Of a stretch of 64,000 bases of DNA, positions 54,632-64,000 are shown piece after piece; positions within the stretch are counted from its first letter, which is position 1; every line of letters starts with the position of its first letter. The translations under genes and the position numbers were made by a program. The DNA lies in contig JBFPLN010000006.1 of NCBI GenBank assembly GCA_051971635.1, forward strand, positions 32,001-96,000, in the 5' to 3' direction. Below the pieces are notes generated by a model, which had not been told where the DNA came from, did not search any database, and worked only from the letters and a program-made list of their open reading frames with translations. This stretch comes from Candidatus Atelocyanobacterium thalassae (lineage in GTDB: Bacteria > Cyanobacteriota > Cyanobacteriia > Cyanobacteriales > Microcystaceae).

Positions 54632-57109
54632 TTAAGAGTCAGAAACTGGAGTTAGGATAGAATCTAGCTGTTCATCTTCTGCAACAATGACTTTAACTTG
54701 TCCTTGTTCATCAATATCTACTTCCGCGACATCTCCTCCTCTAACTTTTCCTGAGAGAATTTCTTCTGCCAAGATGTCTTCAAGAAGACGCATAATGGCA
54801 CGTCGTAATGGTCTTGCACCATAAGAAGGGTTATAACCTTCTTCAACTAAACGTTCTTTAAATTTATCAGTAACCTGGAGTGTAATTTCTTTTTCTGTTA
54901 AGCGAGCAAACACCTCCTTGAGAAGAATCTCAGAAATTTCTTTAACTTCTTCTTTATTTAGTTGGCGGAAAACAATAATCTCATCTAGTCTATTCAGAAA
55001 TTCAGGGCGGAAATATTCTTTTAATTCTTCATTAACTAAAGAACGAATCCTGTTATATTGCGCATCTTCTTGGTTATTTTCAAACTCAAAACCTAACCCA
55101 CCACCACCTTTTTCTATAACTTTTGACCCTATATTAGAAGTCATAATTAACAAAGTATTTTTAAAGTCTACTGTGCGCCCTTTGGCATCAGTTAATCGAC
55201 CATCTTCCAATATTTGTAATAACATATTGAAGATATCTGGATGTGCTTTCTCAATTTCATCAAATAGAATTACCGTATAAGGACGACGACGTACCGCTTC
55301 TGTTAATTGTCCTCCCTCATTATAGCCGACATATCCAGGTGGAGAACCGATAAGCTTAGATACAGTATGACGTTCCATATATTCAGACATATCCAAACGA
55401 ACCATTGCATCTTCTGAACCAAAGAAGTAAGTTGCTAATGCCTTGGTGAGCTCAGTTTTCCCGACACCTGTAGGACCAGAAAAAATAAAACTAGCAATAG
55501 GACGATTAGGATTTTTCAAACCAACTCTGGCACGACGTATAGCTTTTGAAACAGCTTTAACAGCATCTTCTTGACCAATAAGTCTCTGATGTAAAGTTGT
55601 TTCCATATTTAAAAGTTTTTCAGATTCAGTCTCTGTAAGCTTATTTACAGGTACTCCTGTCCAAGAAGCAACAATATGAGCTATTTCTTCTGAATCTACA
55701 AAAGGTTCGTCATTTTCTCCTTCTCCTTTTTTTGTAGAAGAAATTGAACGAATTTTTGACTTAATCTCCATTTCTTGATCTCGTAGTTGTCCTGCACGAT
55801 TAAAATCTTGCGAACGAACTGCATCATCTTTCTGTTTTAAAATAGTACGTAATTCCTTATCTAACTCTTTAGCTTCAGGAGGAAGTTGAGAGTTAATTAA
55901 ACGTACCCTAGAACCTGCTTCATCTATGAGGTCAATGGCTTTATCTGGAAGAAAACGATCAGAAATATAACGATCTGATAACTTAGCAGCTGCTTCCAAT
56001 GCTTCATCCAAAATTTTGAGCTTATGATGTTGCTCATACCGCTCTCTTAAACCATAAAGAATTTGGATGGTCTCTTCTACAGTTGGTTCTCCAACCATTA
56101 CTGGCTGAAAACGTCTTTCTAGAGCAGCATCTTTTTCAATATGTTTGCGATATTCATCAAGAGTAGTAGCTCCAATACATTGAAGCTCTCCTCTCGCCAA
56201 AGCTGGCTTAAGAATATTAGCTGCATCAATAGCTCCTTCAGCGGCACCAGCGCCAATAAGAGTGTGAACCTCGTCTATAACCAGAATTATATTTTCCGTT
56301 TGGCGGATTTCTTCCATGATTTTTTTGAGGCGTTCTTCAAACTCTCCGCGATACTTTGTTCCTGCAACTAACAAACCTATATCAAGAGTTACAACTCTTT
56401 TATCTTCAAGAATATCAGGAATATCTTGATCAGCAATACGTTGGGCAAGACCTTCAGCAATTGCTGTTTTACCAACACCAGGTTCTCCAATAAGAACTGG
56501 ATTGTTTTTAGTACGACGACCAAGAATTTGAATCACTCGTTCAATTTCTTTTTGTCTACCAACAACTGGATCGAGCTGTCCATCTGTAGCTAATTGAGTC
56601 AAATTAGAGCCAAATTCATCGAGAGTAGGAGTTTTAGTCCTACCAGGTGCTACTCCTCCCGCAGCGACTTCTGCAGTCTCTCCTAATTGACGAATAACTT
56701 GGGTTCTTACTTTAGAAAGATCTACACCAAGATTTTCGAGGACTCTTGCTGCGACTCCTTCTCCTTCTCTAATTAGTCCTAATAGAAGATGTTCTGTTCC
56801 AATGTAATTGTGTCCTAGTTGTCTAGCTTCCTCTAAAGAAAGTTCCAGAACTCTTTTTGCCCTTGGGGTAAAAGGAATTTCAACAGCTACGAAACCTGAA
56901 CCTCGTCCAATAATTTTCTCAACTTCAATACGAGCATCTTTAAGATTAACTCCCATGGATTTAAGAACTTTGGCTGCAACTCCGGTTCCCTCACCGATTA
57001 GCCCTAGAAGAATTTGTTCTGTCCCGACAAAATTATGCCCAAGACGACGAGCTTCCTCTTGGGCAAGCATAATTACCTTAATAGCTTTCTCTGTAAAGCG
57101 TTCAAACAT
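54632..57109 (-). CDS. clpC: ATP-dependent Clp protease ATPase subunit ClpC
   Basis: [31 protein letters not shown]; two AAA modules ([16 protein letters not shown]); ClpP-binding loop GLGF. Confidence 0.98.
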   Translation of the reverse strand: MFERFTEKAIKVIMLAQEEARRLGHNFVGTEQILLGLIGEGTGVAAKVLKSMGVNLKDARIEVEKIIGRGSGFVAVEIPFTPRAKRVLELSLEEARQLGHNYIGTEHLLLGLIREGEGVAARVLENLGVDLSKVRTQVIRQLGETAEVAAGGVAPGRTKTPTLDEFGSNLTQLATDGQLDPVVGRQKEIERVIQILGRRTKNNPVLIGEPGVGKTAIAEGLAQRIADQDIPDILEDKRVVTLDIGLLVAGTKYRGEFEERLKKIMEEIRQTENIILVIDEVHTLIGAGAAEGAIDAANILKPALARGELQCIGATTLDEYRKHIEKDAALERRFQPVMVGEPTVEETIQILYGLRERYEQHHKLKILDEALEAAAKLSDRYISDRFLPDKAIDLIDEAGSRVRLINSQLPPEAKELDKELRTILKQKDDAVRSQDFNRAGQLRDQEMEIKSKIRSISSTKKGEGENDEPFVDSEEIAHIVASWTGVPVNKLTETESEKLLNMETTLHQRLIGQEDAVKAVSKAIRRARVGLKNPNRPIASFIFSGPTGVGKTELTKALATYFFGSEDAMVRLDMSEYMERHTVSKLIGSPPGYVGYNEGGQLTEAVRRRPYTVILFDEIEKAHPDIFNMLLQILEDGRLTDAKGRTVDFKNTLLIMTSNIGSKVIEKGGGGLGFEFENNQEDAQYNRIRSLVNEELKEYFRPEFLNRLDEIIVFRQLNKEEVKEISEILLKEVFARLTEKEITLQVTDKFKERLVEEGYNPSYGARPLRRAIMRLLEDILAEEILSGKVRGGDVAEVDIDEQGQVKVIVAEDEQLDSILTPVSDS

Positions 57110-57148
57110 TTTATTTGTCCACCATCTGCTGCTTTCCCTTGTAAGCTG

Positions 57149-57157
57149 ATCTTAGCA
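57149..57157 (-). promoter_or_regulatory. putative extended -10 promoter of clpC
   Basis: TG-c-TAAGAT on the minus strand about 40 nt upstream of the ATG. Confidence 0.4.
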
Positions 57158-57635
57158 CAGCTTTTTATCTCTACTGTTCATATATGAACTTAGAGTATGA
57201 CTGTTAAAAGAATTTTATATTCTTCTTTAATGCTATTAGCCTTTCTATGATTACAGTGTAGAGTTTAATCATATTTTAACTAAATTCTATATTTTATATT
57301 TATTTAATTAAAGTATTACGTAAATCTAAGTTTAGTACATACTTTTATGTATTAGCACTAGAAATAGTCTAGAAAAAATTTCAAGCAATTTTATTAAATA
57401 CTTCTCTAAAAATAATTTTATATTTTATCTACTAAAGCCAGGTTAAAGGTTAAACAAATAATAAATCAAAATTTAGTAATGATTAGTTATTACTAAGAAC
57501 AATTAAGTTCTACTAATTTAAAACAAGACTTTGTCAACTAGTGTAAGGCTTCCTCATGAATCTATAAGGCATAAAGTCAATTGATTTAGAGCGTTAATGT
57601 TTTTTTGTTTTTAAACTAAGCTAGAAAATATACTA

Positions 57636-58553
57636 TTAAAGATAATTAATCTTTGTCCCATGATTATCTATAGACAATAGTTTCACTTCTGAAGTTACTG
57701 CCTGCTTTAACCATGCTTCTTTTACTGCACATTCAATATTACTAGTATTTTCAAAATTAGTTAAAACTAATAAGGTGGGACCAGCGCCACTAATTACCAC
57801 ACCATATGCTCCAGCCTTAATAGCAGCTTCTCTAACAGATTCATAACCTTTAATTAGATGTTGACGATATGGTTGATGAAGTCTATCGTGTAACGCGCTA
57901 GATAGCCACCTTCCATTACCTGTTTCCAGAGATTTAATCAGTAATCCCATATGGGCAATATTAAAAACTACATCATGCATGAATACTGTTTTCGGTATAA
58001 CAGATCTTGCTTTTTCAGTTAATAGTTCAAAATCAGGGATGGCGATAAGAGGTACAACAGAAGAATGCCAATTAAGTGGATATATTCCCCAGTTAATACC
58101 TTCTCTAATAGATAATTGGCACTTGCCAAATAAAGCAGGTACAACATTGTCAGGATGACCTTCCAGTTTTATAGCTAAATTCATTAGCTCAAATTTTGAC
58201 AAGGGTTGGCCTGTTAATTCGTTAGCTCCAATTAAGCCACCTATAATTGCTGTAGCAGAGCTTCCTAAACCTCTAGACAAAGGTATTCCTAATTTAATCC
58301 CGATCGAAACTCTTGGTGGAGTTTCTCCTATGTGGTTGTATAAATATGTAAATGCTTTATAAACTAAATTGTTATGATCACGTTTAACCTTATTAGCTTC
58401 TTTTCCTATTACATTAATATTTAGTTGAGATTTGTTTTTTCCCTGTTTAGTAAAATAGAACTGATTATACATAGTTAGAGCAGAACCTATGCAATCAAAT
58501 GCCGGACCTATATTTGCTGTGGTTGCGGGAACAATGACATTGACTGTAGACAT
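57636..58553 (-). CDS. thrB: homoserine kinase (start refined to MSTVNVIVPATTANIGP)
   Basis: VPATTANIGPAFD, IPLSRGLGSSATAI, EGHPDNVVP and ISGAGPT. Confidence 0.95.
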   Translation of the reverse strand: MSTVNVIVPATTANIGPAFDCIGSALTMYNQFYFTKQGKNKSQLNINVIGKEANKVKRDHNNLVYKAFTYLYNHIGETPPRVSIGIKLGIPLSRGLGSSATAIIGGLIGANELTGQPLSKFELMNLAIKLEGHPDNVVPALFGKCQLSIREGINWGIYPLNWHSSVVPLIAIPDFELLTEKARSVIPKTVFMHDVVFNIAHMGLLIKSLETGNGRWLSSALHDRLHQPYRQHLIKGYESVREAAIKAGAYGVVISGAGPTLLVLTNFENTSNIECAVKEAWLKQAVTSEVKLLSIDNHGTKINYL

Positions 58554-58758
58554 AGTAAACTTATCGTATAAAAGTTTCTGTATAACTAGTTTTCCTTTTA
58601 TGTATTTGGCATACACAATATTGAGTATATGTAATCTAAAAAATAAAAAACTAATAATGTTAATTATTTTAATGGTTTTCCGAAGCTAGAAAAAGAAATT
58701 AATCCATAACTCTTAGTCAAGATTAATTTCTTTAATTCAAAAACTATTTTATTTATAG

Positions 58759-59878
58759 TCAGGGCTGGGTATTTGCTGAATTTGTATAACGTAAATAAGC
58801 TTCTATAAATAAATTTAAATCACCGTCCATCACATCATTGATATTGGTAGTTTCTACATTTGTTCTTAGGTCTTTGACCATTTGGTATGGATGAAATACA
58901 TAACTACGAATTTGAGTCCCCCAAGCGGCTTCAACTATATCACCTCTTATTTCGGCAATTTTTTGAGCTCTTTGTTCTTGAGCAATAATTAATAGCTTTG
59001 CTTTTAACAAAACAAGGGCTTTTTCTTTATTTTGTAATTGAGAGCGTTCTTGCGTACATCGAACAGCAATACCAGTTGGTATATGAACAATACGAACAGC
59101 CGTTTCTACCTTGTTAACATTTTGTCCACCTTTACCACCAGAACGTGTAGTTGTGATTTCTAATTCTTTATCAGGAATCTCTATTTTTATATCGTCTCCT
59201 TCTAACTTTGGCATTACTTCAATGCCAGTAAAGCTTGTTTGGCGTTTTCCATTAGCGTTAAAAGGAGAAATTCTTACTAACCTATGTGTTCCTTTCTCTC
59301 CCTTTAAATATCCAAAAGCATAACAACCTTCAATTTCTAATGTAGCAGACTTAATTCCGGCTTCATCCCCATCAGAAATTTCAACCAAATTAACTTTATA
59401 GCCCTGATTTTCTCCCCATCTTCTATACATTCTTAGCAACATTTCTGACCAATCTTGAGCATCTGTTCCACCAACTCCTGTATTAATATTTAGGATAGCT
59501 CCTTTAATATCATAAGTTCCTGACAAAAGTTGTTGCAAATCCCAGCTATCTAAATTTCGCTTTAATTGCGTAATATTATTCTGTGCTTCCTCTAGTAGAG
59601 ATTCATCATAATCTAATGTTAGCAAGTCTACAATAAGTTTAGTATCTTCTAGCTGATCGCACCACTGATTATATTGTTCTAATTGTGATTTAAAGCCACT
59701 AAGTTCTTGTGAAACTTTTTGTGCTGTTTCCGGACTGTCCCAAAAGGTAGGCTGTACTGTCGTGTTCTCTAAACTCTTAATATTAGCCCTTAAAGCTGGT
59801 AAGTCAAAGATATTCCTGAGTTTTCCCCAGGTGTATACTCAAAAGTTCAACGTTTTTTCTCAATTCTGTAATTTCCAT
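58759..59878 (-). CDS. prfB: peptide chain release factor 2, about 372 aa via programmed +1 frameshift after codon 24
   Basis: ORF1 [24 protein letters not shown] ends CTT TGA C (59809-59803); +1 frame continues DLPAL...FWD into SPF and GGQ motifs. Confidence 0.96.
59803..59818 (-). other. prfB +1 ribosomal frameshift site with internal SD-like AGGA
   Basis: Minus strand reads cAGGAatatCTT-TGA-C. Confidence 0.92.
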
Positions 59879-60184
59879 ATATTTAACTTTTAAAGATTTA
59901 ATTTATTATGTACGTTTTTCTATGCGATTTACACATTAATATTTGAATACAGATATCTAGGTAAATTTAAATATTTGTCAAGTATCTAGTATAGATATCT
60001 TATATAAGTTAGTCTGAAGTTTCGTTTATAAATATTTTTACAGATAAATTAGCTTATAAAATTTTATTTACAGAAAAAACCTAAAAGAAACCTCTGATAT
60101 GAAATTTACAAGATATTTATATAAAAGGCTATGGTTTATAAATATCTATTTATTTAAGCTAATAATATAATTTTTTAATCTAAT

Positions 60185-60224
60185 AAAACATAAAAACTAT
60201 TTATACACTTAGTTTTTATGTTTT
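60185..60224 (-). terminator. 15-bp perfect inverted repeat after the amino-acid carrier gene
   Basis: aaaacataaaaacta-10nt-tagtttttatgtttt. Confidence 0.75.
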
Positions 60225-60237
60225 TCATTCCTTAGTA

Positions 60238-61755
60238 TCAGACTATAATTGTTTTTTGCCAATATTTTTTCAATTCTTTCGCTACTTTATTCGATAAAAG
60301 AATACACCCTAAAATATTAGGTATGGCTAATGTCAATAACATCATATCACTGAAATCTAATACGGCTCCTAAATTTACTACTGAACCAATAAAAATACAA
60401 AATAAGAAGACTATTTTAAAAATGATAGAATTTGATTTGCCAAATATATAAATCCAACATTGTTCACCATAATAACACCAAGTAATCATTGTTGAAAATC
60501 CAAACATACACATAATACTTGCTAATACTACAGGAGACCATTGAATAACTTGAGCAAAAGCTGTCATAACTAATATGGAACCGTTGATACCGTTTCCTAC
60601 TGTTGTCCAATAAACCTGAGTCGTGGCAATTACTAAAGCTGTTAGATTACAGATAACAACTGTATCAAGGAAAGGTTCAAGAATTGAAACAATACCTTCT
60701 TGTATAGGCTCTTTTGTTTTTGCAACAGCATGGGCAATTGCAGCAGACCCCAAACCAGCACCATTTGAAAAAACGCTACGTCGTATTCCTTGAATTATGA
60801 TACCAACCAAACCTCCTTCCATTCCCCTAGAGGAAAAAGCCTCTGTAAAAATAGAAGCAAAAGCATGGGGTATTGCGGTGAAATTAGTTTTCAGGATCCA
60901 TAGGCATCCCAGTATATAAATAACTGACATTAAAGGCACTAATCTACTAGTAATAACTCCTATACGACTAACACCACCAATGATAACTAAACCTACGAGA
61001 AAAGCGAGTACTAGACCGACAGCCCAATCATAAGATTGTAAGGCAGGAAAAACGACAGCTAAAGCCATAAATGATTGATTGACTTGGAACATATTTCCTC
61101 CTCCTATCGCTGCACCTATGCCGGCAAAACAGTAAGCTATAGCTAATATTTTACCTAACTTTTCTTTTCCTATTTCTTTCAATCCTTTAGAAAGATAATA
61201 CATTGGACCACCAACAGTAGTTCCATCTAGACCTATAGTTCTATATTGAGATCCTAAAGTACACTCTACAAATTTACTGGACATTCCAAAGATCCCAGCC
61301 AATGTCATCCAAAAGACTGTACCTGTGCCTCCTAGTTGAATAGCGATAGCTACCCCTGAAATATTACCTAGTCCTATACTTGCTGACAAAGCTGTTGTCA
61401 AAGCTTGAAAAGAAGATATCTCTCCTTGAACCTCATTTTCAGAATCAATTTCATCAGGATAGTCTACATTTTCTACTAGTTGAGATTTCGACTTTTGATT
61501 TTTATAGAAACTAATATTTTTTTTAGAAGATGTAGGTTTTTTATAATGGCTTTTATGTTGACTGTAGACTATCTTTAAAGCTTGTTTGAAGCCAACAATA
61601 TTAATAAAGCCCATTCTTAATGTAAAAAAAATACCTCCCATTAATATCCAAAATATTATTACGGGAAAATGAGCAATCTCAAAAAAGAGTATTTGTTTAA
61701 TAAAAGTAACTAGGTTCGAAAAAAAATAATCAATATTATAAAGGAAATGATTCAC
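60238..61755 (-). CDS. alanine/glycine:cation symporter (AGCS) family amino-acid carrier
   Basis: ISSFQAL, IGLGNISGVA, GGPMYYL, GGNMFQ, EPFLDTVVIC and WCYYGE. Confidence 0.93.
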   Translation of the reverse strand: MNHFLYNIDYFFSNLVTFIKQILFFEIAHFPVIIFWILMGGIFFTLRMGFINIVGFKQALKIVYSQHKSHYKKPTSSKKNISFYKNQKSKSQLVENVDYPDEIDSENEVQGEISSFQALTTALSASIGLGNISGVAIAIQLGGTGTVFWMTLAGIFGMSSKFVECTLGSQYRTIGLDGTTVGGPMYYLSKGLKEIGKEKLGKILAIAYCFAGIGAAIGGGNMFQVNQSFMALAVVFPALQSYDWAVGLVLAFLVGLVIIGGVSRIGVITSRLVPLMSVIYILGCLWILKTNFTAIPHAFASIFTEAFSSRGMEGGLVGIIIQGIRRSVFSNGAGLGSAAIAHAVAKTKEPIQEGIVSILEPFLDTVVICNLTALVIATTQVYWTTVGNGINGSILVMTAFAQVIQWSPVVLASIMCMFGFSTMITWCYYGEQCWIYIFGKSNSIIFKIVFLFCIFIGSVVNLGAVLDFSDMMLLTLAIPNILGCILLSNKVAKELKKYWQKTIIV

Positions 61756-61759
61756 AGAT

Positions 61760-62380
61760 CTAATGTAAAAAGCTACTACTTAGCCAAAAAATAAAAAATA
61801 CAATAATACTAACAAGAGATTGACTAAATTCTCTTGTAGTGTTGGGATCATAAAATAGTTGAATAATGCTTCCCCCAATAATCATTCCTAAGCTCAACAT
61901 AGTTAAAGTGATTAGTAAAGCACGATTAAATTTATTTTCCTTTTTATTTAGAAAATAAATATTAACAAAAACTCCTAATGCTAAGAAAAGTGGAGTTAGA
62001 GAAGACTGAGGACGCAAAAATCCTACTAAAAGTGATAGAGCAAGAAATATTCCTGTCTTCAATAAGATATCATTAAAAGACGGAATATCAATAAATTGTT
62101 GAACCCAATGAAATATATTTTTAACATTAGAGACTAGAAAGTTAGAACTAACTTCTCTTTGATGCTCAGCAAATCGAATATTATCAGGTACATTAACTTT
62201 CCCTTCTTGACGGAGCTTCAATCGCTCCATGACAATAGCATCGTAAGCAGATTCAATACTTTCTATAGTTTCAAAACTATCACTATGCTTCTGGCTTAAA
62301 TGATCTTTTGCTTTTTGAATTTCTTCAAAAGGGGCTGTTTCGGAAACACCTAACTTTTCATAGGGAGTTTTTTCACTCAT
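61760..62380 (-). CDS. CPP1-like (chaperone-like protein of POR1) J-like membrane protein
   Basis: PYEKLGVSETAPFEEIQ..IESAYDAIVMERLKLRQEGK..VPDNIRFAE plus C-terminal TM helices. Confidence 0.88.
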   Translation of the reverse strand: MSEKTPYEKLGVSETAPFEEIQKAKDHLSQKHSDSFETIESIESAYDAIVMERLKLRQEGKVNVPDNIRFAEHQREVSSNFLVSNVKNIFHWVQQFIDIPSFNDILLKTGIFLALSLLVGFLRPQSSLTPLFLALGVFVNIYFLNKKENKFNRALLITLTMLSLGMIIGGSIIQLFYDPNTTREFSQSLVSIIVFFIFWLSSSFLH

Positions 62381-62595
62381 CTGATATTTTCTTCCATATC
62401 TTCTTACTCATATTACCTAAATAAACAGGTTTTCTAACTTACTTTTTTTAGGAAATTAACTTTAATCAAGAATTTTTAGCCGTTAAAGTGACTCAAATAC
62501 AAACAATTTTCTCTTTGAGCTTTAGATTTGAAAGTTTTGGAGATATAGCCAAAGAAAATTTTCTTAGCTAAAAATAATATTACAAAATCTAAGTA

Positions 62596-62868
62596 TTAAG
62601 AGTTATGAATACTTGACTTATCAACATTTGATTGGGGAGAAGCATCTTTTTTATTATCCTCAAGTTCAGCATTCATGCTTAGAGAATCTTGGAGATGCTG
62701 AGTTTCACGCTTAAACTCATCTTCAAACTCTTTTGAAGCATCTTGAAATCCTTTAACAGCCTTACCTAAACTACGACCAATTTCAGGTAATTTCTTAGGA
62801 CCAAATACTAATAAGCTGATAATTAAAATCAACGCCATTTCTGGTAATCCAATACCAAAGATATTCAT
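62596..62868 (-). CDS. tatA: twin-arginine translocase TatA/E subunit
   Basis: MNIFGIGLPEM..LLVFGPKKLPEIGRSLGK; AAGGAGG RBS. Confidence 0.95.
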   Translation of the reverse strand: MNIFGIGLPEMALILIISLLVFGPKKLPEIGRSLGKAVKGFQDASKEFEDEFKRETQHLQDSLSMNAELEDNKKDASPQSNVDKSSIHNS

Positions 62869-63276
62869 AATTTCCTCCTTAAAATCAAAATCTACTTTCT
62901 ATTCTATACGTACATTCAACCAAAACTGATACTTAGTAAATAAAAAAAATTAGGTCTTCTTAAGAATAAATAACTTTTCTATTAATATTTATGTATCGAT
63001 ATCTAGATACGATTAATCTTGTCTACTCCAATAAAGAATATTCATGATTATATGATTACCATTGTAAGTGTATTTATAATAGCTATCAACATAGATTTAT
63101 ATGAGAATATACTAAGTTTGCTAAGTTGATTTTAGAAAATTTTATTGTAATCTTTGTATTTTTATATCTTATAATCACTTAATAGCAATTAAAATGAATT
63201 AAGCAATTAAAATATAAAAATATTGCTTTTGATGATTGTATATAATTATAGAGCTAAGTCAAATTTTTAAGTAAAA

Positions 63277-64000
63277 TTATTTATATAATTGAAAAGCTTT
63301 GTGAACTGCATTCAAAGCTTTTGTCCCCATGTCTTTTGGAACAACACAACTAATCTTAATTTCTGAAGTTGCAATCATTTTAATATTAATATTTTCTGCT
63401 GCTAATGCTTCAAAAAATTGAGCTGCTATCCCAGGCTTTTCTACCATACCTGCACCAACAATACTTACTTTTGCAATATTTTCATCTATTAATATTTCAT
63501 CAAAACCATCTGATAATTCTTTAAGTACTGAATGGGCAAGTTTGGAATTTTCTTGAGCTATAGTAAATGCCATATCACGTGTAGGCTCTCCAGAGAAAAT
63601 ACGACAGCGTTGAGATTGAATAATAGTATCTACACTGATATTGTTTTTTGCCAATATTCCAAAAATATTAGCTGCCATCCCAGGTTTATCTTTTACACGT
63701 CGAATTGCAATCTGAACCAGCTTTGTATCTAGAGCAACTCCTCTAACAGGTGGGATGATAGCAATAGTAGATAAGGTATTTACCGTAGGTGAAAATTCTA
63801 TTTCGAATGCTTTTGATAATGCTTGCATTGCATGCCAACTATCACTCTGTGCGATAACACAACTTACTTTAACTTCTGAAGTTGCAATCATCTCAATATT
63901 AATATCTTCCTCAGCAAGAGTTTCGAACATTTTTGCAGCGATACCAGGACGACCAATCATCCCCGCTCCTGCGATCGCAATTTTAGCTACTCGTTTTTCT
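63277..64000 (-). CDS. lysC: aspartate kinase, C-terminal ACT domains (5' part outside the window)
   Basis: Repeated ACT motifs AKIAIAGAGMIGRPGIAA, IATSEVKVSC, DTIIQSQR and AKVSIVGAGMVEKPGIAA of cyanobacterial 4-ACT aspartokinase; frame open to the edge. Confidence 0.92.
   Translation of the reverse strand, partial: EKRVAKIAIAGAGMIGRPGIAAKMFETLAEEDINIEMIATSEVKVSCVIAQSDSWHAMQALSKAFEIEFSPTVNTLSTIAIIPPVRGVALDTKLVQIAIRRVKDKPGMAANIFGILAKNNISVDTIIQSQRCRIFSGEPTRDMAFTIAQENSKLAHSVLKELSDGFDEILIDENIAKVSIVGAGMVEKPGIAAQFFEALAAENINIKMIATSEIKISCVVPKDMGTKALNAVHKAFQLYK

Noticed and set aside
58759..59878. prfB pseudogene
   Set aside because: The in-frame stop is the canonical programmed frameshift CTT-TGA-C
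63184..63213. Direct repeat agcaattaaaat x2
   Set aside because: Low-complexity AT-rich 12-mer with only two copies; likely local slippage

Overview
AT-rich window (visually about 30% GC) from a reduced cyanobacterial genome. It is mostly single-copy housekeeping genes (smc, ispE, hisS, aspS, cysS, alaS, ftsW, ftsY, rpsO, ligA, clpC, prfB, fabI, thrB, lysC), plus genes supporting photosystem I and cytochrome b6f (chlG, acsF, IsiA-type antenna, CCB1/CCB4, CPP1-like, PetR/PetP-like copper switch), regulators (ntcA, Hik2-like kinase, Rre1-like regulator) and surface-glycan genes (galE, wecB, HpsJ-like, and an sxtI/J/K-like O-carbamoyltransferase module). No PSII, phycobilisome or carbon-fixation genes, RNA genes, CRISPR or mobile elements were seen. 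Usual PSII-linked neighbours (pam68 after rpsO, psbH/psbN before tatA) are missing and HIP1 is nearly absent. This fits UCYN-A (Ca. Atelocyanobacterium thalassa, the nitroplast lineage), but that assignment is an inference. Most notable: an intact three-gene carbamoyltransferase-SxtJ-SxtK-like module whose 53-aa third gene is missed by the ORF track; a perfect 50-bp palindrome mirroring the stop codons of two convergent genes; many long, sequence-unrelated 3' inverted repeats; an amino-acid carrier with a changed substrate-pocket motif (SNEAG to SNGAG); a Hik2-like kinase with only one GAF cysteine; and the prfB +1 frameshift. All calls are by-eye motif recognition, with no database searches.
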